A stretch of 64,000 bases of DNA from a virus (lineage: Duplodnaviria; Caudoviricetes): positions 12,431-76,430 of IMG/VR virus record IMGVR_UViG_2518645594_000001. One strand, 5' to 3'. Every line of letters starts with the position of its first letter. Position 1 is the first letter of the stretch. The position numbers and the translations under genes are program-made. The notes beneath the pieces are model-generated. The model saw only the letters and a program-made list of their open reading frames with translations. It had not been told where the DNA came from and searched no databases. Shown here piece by piece: positions 57,638 through 64,000 of the stretch.

Positions 57638-57785
57638 GAGGTTCCTTCCTGTGAAATGGTCCGGCGTTTTATCAAACATCCCCACCCCCCGCAAAACATG
57701 GCACTGAGCCACTAGTCAGCGCCTTCCCCTATTCAACGATAACGCCTCCCCGGCGAGGGCGGCGCCTGCACGCAAGGACCCCACG

Positions 57786-58736
57786 ATGGCCGAATACAAC
57801 ATCGTCAGCATGAGCGGCGGTAAAGACAGTACGGTCACTCTGCTGGTCGCCCGGGAGCTTGGGGTGCCGAACCTCAGCGCCGTCTTTGCAGATACTGGCC
57901 ACGAACACCCAGCTACTTACGACTATGTGCACTACCTGGCCGAGGCTGTGGGGGTTCCGATCCGCTGGGTGAAGGCCGACTTCGCCAGGCAGATCGCCGG
58001 CAAGCGCAATTACATAGAAACGAAGTGGCGCGAAAAAGGAGTGCCAGAGTCGGTAGTGCTAGCCGCCCTGGAAGTGCTGCACCCCACAGGAAACCCGTTC
58101 CTCGACATGTGCCTCTGGAAAGGTCGGTTCCCCAGCACCAAGGCCCGATTCTGCACGGACGAGCTGAAGCGGAACCCGATCATTGAGAAGGTTTTCATGC
58201 CGCTTATGACTGGGGAGAACCTGGTTCTCTCTTGGCAAGGCGTTCGGGCCGATGAGTCTCTGAATCGCCGCTACCTGCCAGAGTGCGACGAGGTAGGCGA
58301 TGGCCTGTTTAATTACCGCCCAATACTCAAGTGGCCGGTCGAGGCAGTCTTCGAAGCGCACCGGGCCGCAGGCATCAAGCCCAACCCACTCTACCTGCAG
58401 GGATGCAACCGGGTCGGCTGCATGCCCTGCATCATGTGCGCGAAGGACGAGTTACGCGAGATCGCCACCCGGTGGCCGGAGGAAGTGGCAAGGGTACGCG
58501 AGTGGGAGCGCCTTGTAAGCATCGCCAGCAAGCGCGGCGCGGCCACATTCTTCGCCACTGTCACCGACCCCACCGTCAGATCAGACGACAAGGTCAGCGC
58601 CAAAACGCATGGCATCGACCGAATGGTTGATTGGGCCAACACAAGCCGCGGAGGCCGTCAGTTTGACATGGTCGACCTCATCACCCGCACTGACAGCCGA
58701 AACAGCTGCTCCTCGGCTTACGGGCTATGCGAGTGA
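57786..58736 (+). CDS. PAPS-reductase-family (PP-loop, Fe-S) protein
   Basis: SMSGGKDS, ADTGHEH, RFCTDELK, GVRADES..R, RVGCMPC. Confidence 0.9.
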   Translation: MAEYNIVSMSGGKDSTVTLLVARELGVPNLSAVFADTGHEHPATYDYVHYLAEAVGVPIRWVKADFARQIAGKRNYIETKWREKGVPESVVLAALEVLHPTGNPFLDMCLWKGRFPSTKARFCTDELKRNPIIEKVFMPLMTGENLVLSWQGVRADESLNRRYLPECDEVGDGLFNYRPILKWPVEAVFEAHRAAGIKPNPLYLQGCNRVGCMPCIMCAKDELREIATRWPEEVARVREWERLVSIASKRGAATFFATVTDPTVRSDDKVSAKTHGIDRMVDWANTSRGGRQFDMVDLITRTDSRNSCSSAYGLCE

Positions 58737-58798
58737 CCCAATGCCCGCAGAAATCGACCGGATCGCCGGACGCCGATCGTGTCCATGAACAACGAGAA

Positions 58799-59107
58799 TC
58801 AAGCAGCTACTCCAGGTACACCGAAGACTTGGACCGCAAAGAACATGGCAGCAATCGCGGAGAAGCAAGCCGCAACTCGATTCCAATGTGCCTGTTTTAC
58901 CAAGGTTTCCTGAAGGTTGTACCGCTCACCTTTCTCGTCGAAACCAATGCTCGGCGCCTGTACCGCCTCCCCATTTTTGCCGCTTACGCTGAAAGGCACT
59001 TTGGCTGTTGCTGATCGCAGCCAGGCATATGCGGAAGCCAAGGCGCTGAGAGCTGAAAAAGCAGGAGCGTAGTGGGCAGTGAAAGCTGAGATATCCATGT
59101 TCCTCAT
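58799..59107 (-). CDS. Two-TM membrane protein (moron)
   Basis: Two hydrophobic helices, Q..WN..AA motif. Confidence 0.65.
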   Translation of the reverse strand: MRNMDISAFTAHYAPAFSALSALASAYAWLRSATAKVPFSVSGKNGEAVQAPSIGFDEKGERYNLQETLVKQAHWNRVAACFSAIAAMFFAVQVFGVPGVAA

Positions 59108-59201
59108 TCCTTAAAAGTCGAGACAATCAAATGATCTCATGTGGAAGCGTCTGCAGCGGCATTGAAGCTGCGACCCAAACCTGGCATCCGCTGGGCTAAC
59201 G

Positions 59202-60395
59202 TTACGGCTTACCTTTATAGACGTTTGAGCGGTGGTGGATCAGATACTGGCGCTGATCCGGAGTGAAGTCGCCGACATTCATGCCTGACGCTAAGCCCCA
59301 GGCTGCCACGACCTCCTGAGCGGTATCGGCAACCATCACCTCCCCATTGTCCTGAAAAGTTATCCAACCTCGGTCAAAAAGCTTGTCCACATGAGGAGCC
59401 AACATGAACCCATTGCTCCCATCCAATCGCTCACCGTCCGAACAATCCTTCCACGGTTTGATGTGGCTAGCGGTAAGGAAACGTGTGTCGGTAACACCAG
59501 TAATACGGCAAGATCTTTCGCGTTCCAATACTCGCAGGCGGAATGTTCCCTGACCAATGCGCGAGCGAACCAGCTGCTCGCGCTCTGTAGCGGTTAATCC
59601 TTGGTTGAGCTCGATCTGGCGCACGACTTCATCCGCCCTCACCTGATCCTCAATCTCATGAGCTCGCTCAGTTATCGCGTTTCCAGTAGCGTTCGATAGG
59701 CTGAGGACAAACGAGCCAAGCTCAGGCGAGATACGGGCGAGATAACACCCCTGGTTGCCGTTTCCATTGATCTGCAGCGGGGAGTTTTTAGCTGGTAATA
59801 GCCTGGCAATGCTCGCGATGTGTTCCTTTGGTGACACAGCCTGGTCCAGTTCAATCCACTCGACGGGAACCAACCATCCAGCATCCGACCATTTATGACC
59901 TGCTTGGCCGAAAGCGCTGGGCTTTGGTTGGTCGGTAAAGGCAGAAGTTGCCACGCCAATAGCTCGAATCTGTCCTCCAGCGTAAGAAATTACAACATCA
60001 CCCGCTCTAACCAATGTCAGGTTGATGTAGGTCTGGTTTCGAGCACCATTTTGATTCTTTGTGGGCGACCATATGTAACCACCTTCCAGTTCGGCTCGGT
60101 ATGTTTGCTTGTGGTTGACCCACCAGAAGCGCGAAGCTTCTTGTTCGCGCGAATGCCGCTCGAAAACCACAACCTCTCTGGTTAGGTCAAGAGACTTACG
60201 TTCCCAACCAGCCTCGATCCAGAGATGCGCCCAGGTGTGCGAGTCATCAGTCCTGGAGTTCGCCCACCAGGCCTTATGGTTTCGCGCGACTGGTGGTAGC
60301 CCACCGACTAGCTGATCAATTTGCGCGAAGGTCAGTTCAACAGAGTTTTCAGTTTGAGACCGAAGGAAATCGGCCAGGGGCGTGTACTTACTCAC
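59202..60395 (-). CDS. Multi-domain HNH endonuclease (modification-dependent restriction-like)
   Basis: N-terminal KY.PL..FL...LTF..I...LP..A...AWWAN domain; PUA/EVE-like WWVN...GYIWSP...GDVV; R.GQ..FR, CRITG, ASHIKPW, NG.ML.PH.DKLFDRG. Confidence 0.88.
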   Translation of the reverse strand: MSKYTPLADFLRSQTENSVELTFAQIDQLVGGLPPVARNHKAWWANSRTDDSHTWAHLWIEAGWERKSLDLTREVVVFERHSREQEASRFWWVNHKQTYRAELEGGYIWSPTKNQNGARNQTYINLTLVRAGDVVISYAGGQIRAIGVATSAFTDQPKPSAFGQAGHKWSDAGWLVPVEWIELDQAVSPKEHIASIARLLPAKNSPLQINGNGNQGCYLARISPELGSFVLSLSNATGNAITERAHEIEDQVRADEVVRQIELNQGLTATEREQLVRSRIGQGTFRLRVLERERSCRITGVTDTRFLTASHIKPWKDCSDGERLDGSNGFMLAPHVDKLFDRGWITFQDNGEVMVADTAQEVVAAWGLASGMNVGDFTPDQRQYLIHHRSNVYKGKP

Positions 60396-60586
60396 CGGTC
60401 ACCTTTGAGCGTGAAAGCAGAAAGCATATTGCCATCAAGCAACCGCAGCAATGATTCCATTCATCTAACTCCGCTAATCCATCCACTACCACGACGTAGC
60501 GCGAGCTATCCCCCCGACTCCCACAGAAAACATCGAGTAGCAATAGCACATTAGTGCCCCACCCCGCTGTAACCCCTCTCCACTCT

Positions 60587-60616
60587 ATTCACTGCCGCGA
60601 TATGGCGGCCAAGGAA
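60587..60616 (+). repeat. Conserved intergenic hairpin element resembling a type I-F CRISPR repeat
   Basis: ATTCACTGCCGCGATATGGCGGCCAAGGAA; related copies at 2181-2210 and 1482-1510. Confidence 0.6.
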
Positions 60617-60621
60617 CTCCT

Positions 60622-61116
60622 GTGCTCGACGCAAACATCCACGAATCGCTCAACGCCCTCAATGCAAGCCACCTGGCCATGCTGCTGGTGATGCGCAAAG
60701 GTCTCGATTTCGGCTACGAATACACCTTCACCGATGATGATGGTCAGTCCGCCACTGTTGACCACGCCTTCCTCGCCGCAGCGCCGGGCGATCTGCTGGA
60801 GGTCATCTTCGAAGAAAACGAGCATGACGACGCCATCAGCGAGGTTCGCTACGAAGCCGAAGCCGTCAGCGGCATTCGCGAATGGTGTCACTACAGCTGG
60901 GGCCGAAACTATGAGGTCGACGTGAAGGCGTTCATCCTGCCCGATGGTCGCGCCCTGGCCTTCTGCGAAATGAGTGGCGGCGGCAAGCACGGCGAGCCCA
61001 ACGCATACCCTTGGGTGCAGGAGGCCAAGTTCATCAAGGTCACCGGTGTTCAGGAGCGAGTCATCAAGACCTACTCCTTCGAAGACATTCCCAAGGCTAA
61101 CGAGGCGAAACCATGA
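60622..61116 (+). CDS. Acidic phage hypothetical protein
   Basis: 164 aa; SGGGKHGEP..YPW. Confidence 0.75.
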   Translation: MLDANIHESLNALNASHLAMLLVMRKGLDFGYEYTFTDDDGQSATVDHAFLAAAPGDLLEVIFEENEHDDAISEVRYEAEAVSGIREWCHYSWGRNYEVDVKAFILPDGRALAFCEMSGGGKHGEPNAYPWVQEAKFIKVTGVQERVIKTYSFEDIPKANEAKP

Positions 61117-61391
61117 CCCGCCTCGCCCTCTGCCTCCTGCTGCTGGCCACTGGCGCCAGCGCAGAGCCGGTCCTGCTAGAGCGCTTCATCCCGAGCGGCC
61201 TTTCCAGGTACGACGATGTTGAGCGCGGCGTCACCTGCTGGATGACCGGTATGGGTTCCGGTATCAGCTGCCTGCCGACGCGCGATCGCCAGGCCGGCAA
61301 CGAGCGCCAACTCTCCCCGCACGAAACCCAACCCGAACCTACACCCGCTCTGGCGCCTGGGCGCTGGATTGATGAGAGGTATGAGCTGTGA
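61113..61391 (+). CDS. Small exported Cys-containing phage protein
   Basis: Paralog of 2268-2549; ERGVTCW...GISCLP. Confidence 0.72.
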   Translation: MTRLALCLLLLATGASAEPVLLERFIPSGLSRYDDVERGVTCWMTGMGSGISCLPTRDRQAGNERQLSPHETQPEPTPALAPGRWIDERYEL

Positions 61392-61630
61392 GCGCAGTTA
61401 CTGATCAAGACGTTGAGTTCGCGCAGGCTGTGGTCGCTCTGGCGCGCCAGCACGGCATGACCGGGATCTCAATGGAATTCCGGCAGAACTTCGACCTGGC
61501 CCAGGTGACCGGCTGCTATTGCGGCAAGCGGATCACCTGGTCAGAAGGTCGACACGGTGACTCGGCCGACATCAGGTTCCGCACCGAAGCCGAAGCTTCT
61601 TTCCCTGAGCGGCCCGAGGTGAAGTCATGA
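61388..61630 (+). CDS. Phage hypothetical protein
   Basis: Coupled ORF; WSEGRHG. Confidence 0.65.
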   Translation: MSAVTDQDVEFAQAVVALARQHGMTGISMEFRQNFDLAQVTGCYCGKRITWSEGRHGDSADIRFRTEAEASFPERPEVKS

Positions 61631-62010
61631 CCGACCTGATCGAAGTGAAGACAGCAGACCTGACCCGCGAGGCCCTTGGCTGGGCGGTGGGTATGGCCGA
61701 GGACATGGCTCTGCACCTCGAGCCGCCCCAGTACGGCAACGGTTGGCGCGTGTTCGCCATCTACCGGGGTGAGGCGACTGAGCACTGCGAGCGTTATAAC
61801 CCTTGGGAGGACTGGGAACTGGGTGGGTCGCTGGTGGCGAAATACCGCATCGGTTTCGGCCTTTACTCAGACTCGTTCTTCGCCGTCATCGGACTGGACG
61901 ATATTGCAGGGGACGGGGATGGCTTGACCCACCTGGTCGCGGCGATGCGCGCGATCATCGCCGCCAAGCTTGGCGATACCGTCCAGGTACCGAAGGAGCT
62001 TATGCCATGA
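61627..62010 (+). CDS. NinX/DUF2591-family protein
   Basis: L.WAV..AE, YNPW.DW..GG.L, G.T.LVAAMRAI.AAKLG. Confidence 0.78.
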   Translation: MTDLIEVKTADLTREALGWAVGMAEDMALHLEPPQYGNGWRVFAIYRGEATEHCERYNPWEDWELGGSLVAKYRIGFGLYSDSFFAVIGLDDIAGDGDGLTHLVAAMRAIIAAKLGDTVQVPKELMP

Positions 62011-62030
62011 TCGAGCAATTCAGCGTGGTG

Positions 62031-62534
62031 TCAGGGTCTGGCTGAGGCTCTCAAGTATGTCAAGGCATCGGCAAATCGCTTAGCTCGCTCCAGGCTACCT
62101 GTCCGAACTGAGCCAAGTTCACGGCCATCATCGCCGCGAATGATGACAGTGAAGCGGCTAGACCGGCCACGCCTTTGGTAAATCGAGATGCTATTAATTG
62201 AGCTCAAGTAGATTCGTCTGCTGGCATCCTTAGTGACACTCCTACTACTGCCTGCTGCAATGGCGCCCGTGCCCAGCGGAACCGCGGAGACAAGTCCGGT
62301 AGCTTCTGAAACTACCCCGTCAGACAAGATGATGACCTTGTCGGTGATTACGACCGACTGAGGTCGGAACTTCTTTCCGTAATCCTCGAAAAAAGACTGC
62401 TCGACAAAGTCGACAGCTTCCTGACGCCCACTGATTTGTTCAGCAGAGGGTGCATAGCTCAAGCGCTGGCTACCGCAGCCGGCCATTGTGACTACGAGCA
62501 TTAGGGCTGCACACCATTTGATCCCATTCGACAT
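62031..62534 (-). CDS. Antisense lipoprotein moron
   Basis: Lipobox MAGC; ends A.RFADAL..L. Confidence 0.72.
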   Translation of the reverse strand: MSNGIKWCAALMLVVTMAGCGSQRLSYAPSAEQISGRQEAVDFVEQSFFEDYGKKFRPQSVVITDKVIILSDGVVSEATGLVSAVPLGTGAIAAGSSRSVTKDASRRIYLSSINSISIYQRRGRSSRFTVIIRGDDGRELGSVRTGSLERAKRFADALTYLRASARP

Positions 62535-62633
62535 TTGACCCCCTGGCTCTTGTAAAGAAGCCGGAGATTAACCTGCGCGCCTTTAAATTTTCCACAATCC
62601 GACCTGCCGCCGCCGGCGGCGTGGAGACCACCC

Positions 62634-62966
62634 ATGGAAACCGCCAACACCGGTGACGTCGACAAAGTTACCGAACAGAAAATGGCCGATTTGCTCGGCT
62701 GCACGAAGCGCGCTCTCGAAGGCCGGCGACTACGGGGGTCTATTCCCGAGGGCGTATGGATGAAGCACAGCGGCCGAATTATCTACAGCAAAAAGAGGTA
62801 TGACGAATGGCTGGAAAGCCAATGGATTTACCCCCTGGCATCGACGTCCACTACGGCTCGCTCCGGCTCAGGTTCATGTGGGAAGGTGCTCGCAGGAGTG
62901 AGACCCTTCCCTATCCCGCGACACAAAAAGGCATCAAGGCTGCATCCCAGCTTCGAGATAAAGTAA
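62634..62966 (+). CDS. Excisionase / RDF-like protein
   Basis: wHTH-like MADLLG.TKRALEGRR.RG.IPEGVW...GRIIYS..RYDEW, upstream of and overlapping int. Confidence 0.75.
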   Translation: METANTGDVDKVTEQKMADLLGCTKRALEGRRLRGSIPEGVWMKHSGRIIYSKKRYDEWLESQWIYPLASTSTTARSGSGSCGKVLAGVRPFPIPRHKKASRLHPSFEIK

Positions 62967-64000
62967 ACAGCCTGATAAAACTCAACCTGCTCGACCATGA
63001 CAAGTACGCGGAACTCTTTCCTAGCTCCGGCGCTGTCGTGGGTGGCGTACCAACGTTCGGCGAGTACGCGCAATTGTGGTTGGACAGCCGGGAGATCGCG
63101 GCGGGCACGAGGCTCAACTACAAAGGCACCTTGAATCTGTATTGGGTGCCCCACCTCGCCTTGGTACGTATAGATCTGATCACGCCCACGCTTCTTAGGC
63201 GGATCGTCACCTCGATCACCTGGACATCGGCATCCGTTAAACGCAATGCCATGGTGAAGCTGTCGACAATCCTCCGCTCAGCTGTGCTGGACGGGCTGAT
63301 CACCAGGAATCCCGCCGAAGCGATCCAACTTCCAGCGCGCTCAAGGAAGGAAGTCGATCCGTTCACTCTCGACGAGGCCAATTTGGTCATCGCTGAGCTA
63401 TACAAGCACGCGCACTGGCCCAGCCAGATCTACGCAGCATTCTTCGAGTTCATGTTCTTCACGGGGCTTCGTCTCTCTGAAGGCTTGGCTCTACGCTGGG
63501 ATGCGGTGGACTCGATCAAGAAAACCGCGCACGTCCGACGGACAGTCGCACTGGGCGTTGTGGAAGAGAGGACAAAAACCGGCCGCGATCGGTTTGTTCT
63601 GCTCAACGACAGAGCGCTGCATGCCTTGGCGTTTGCGAAGCAGTATGCAGAGCGCCGCAAGCAGGGCAAGGGACAGTTCAATGAATCGCCGTTCGTCTTC
63701 CCGCCAGGGAAGAACGGCGAGTACGTCAAGCAGACATCGGACCTCCACCACCAATGGCGCCCGATCCTGAAGGGTTTGGGGATCCGATATCGCCCACCGT
63801 ATAACTGCCGCCATACCTATGCGACAATATGCTTAATGTCCGGTCTCAACCCCGCATTTATCGCCCAACAGCTCGGGCATAGCGTGCAGATGCTCTTATC
63901 GACTTATGCACGTTGGATTAACTCGTCCAATGACTGGCAGGAGCTGGAAAAGCTCCAGATTGGTCCGAAATTGGTCCGTAGCTGCGATGAAGCCACGTAA
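62807..64000 (+). CDS. int: Tyrosine integrase with N-terminal arm-binding domain
   Basis: TGLRLSE (R), KT, YNCRHTYAT, QLGHS..ML..TY catalytic motifs. Confidence 0.96.
   Translation: MAGKPMDLPPGIDVHYGSLRLRFMWEGARRSETLPYPATQKGIKAASQLRDKVNSLIKLNLLDHDKYAELFPSSGAVVGGVPTFGEYAQLWLDSREIAAGTRLNYKGTLNLYWVPHLALVRIDLITPTLLRRIVTSITWTSASVKRNAMVKLSTILRSAVLDGLITRNPAEAIQLPARSRKEVDPFTLDEANLVIAELYKHAHWPSQIYAAFFEFMFFTGLRLSEGLALRWDAVDSIKKTAHVRRTVALGVVEERTKTGRDRFVLLNDRALHALAFAKQYAERRKQGKGQFNESPFVFPPGKNGEYVKQTSDLHHQWRPILKGLGIRYRPPYNCRHTYATICLMSGLNPAFIAQQLGHSVQMLLSTYARWINSSNDWQELEKLQIGPKLVRSCDEAT

Larger units (their letters stand above)
4415..64000. mobile_element. Apparently intact lambda-like (siphovirus) prophage; right att lies just beyond the window
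   Basis: Complete ordered modules (int/xis, recombination, cI/cro, O/P, nin, Q, terminase, portal, capsid, tail M/L/K/I/J, lysis), with a putative att core at 4415-4442. Confidence 0.93.

Noticed and set aside
1461-60616. A true CRISPR array
   Set aside because: The repeat-like copies are isolated (hundreds of bp to tens of kb apart), with no spacer periodicity and no cas genes
62807-62966. 160-nt overlap of xis with int as a recoding signal
   Set aside because: int has its own RBS (AGAGG) and ATG, and no slippery site was seen; xis/int overlaps are ordinary

Overview
A GC-rich, Pseudomonas (putida-group-like) chromosomal segment. Most of it (about 4.4-64.0 kb) is an apparently complete lambda-like (long non-contractile tail) prophage. 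The minus strand, read right to left, carries cro, antirepressor, O/P replication, nin genes, a Q-like gene, pagL, holin-like genes, terminase, portal, capsid, tail, a 2,392-aa modular tail-tip protein and a separated endolysin/spanin block. The plus strand carries cI, a four-gene accessory block, the pL early operon (Erf, YqaJ exonuclease, SSB, DNA methyltransferase, PAPS-reductase-like protein), xis and int. The left 4.4 kb is a remnant of older, related prophage(s): two broken integrase copies and a broken methyltransferase, but intact accessory genes. A 28-bp orphan gene start (MISTANITM, like the ABC-F gene ybiT) at 4415-4442 marks the likely att site. The most interesting candidates are: (1) a Pol-beta-type nucleotidyltransferase plus partner operon directly behind cI (the rexAB position, a candidate anti-phage system); (2) solitary elements resembling a type I-F CRISPR repeat (60587, 2181, 1482); (3) accessory-gene cassettes bounded by repeated terminator/promoter modules; (4) an RNAP alpha-CTD-like moron; (5) a cleavage-site-less, SOS-boxed UmuD-like gene; (6) a structured non-coding pL leader with a boxA but no recognisable N gene; (7) a modification-dependent-type HNH nuclease; and (8) TrbK-like lipoproteins. 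All product calls come from motif recognition by eye; no searches were run.
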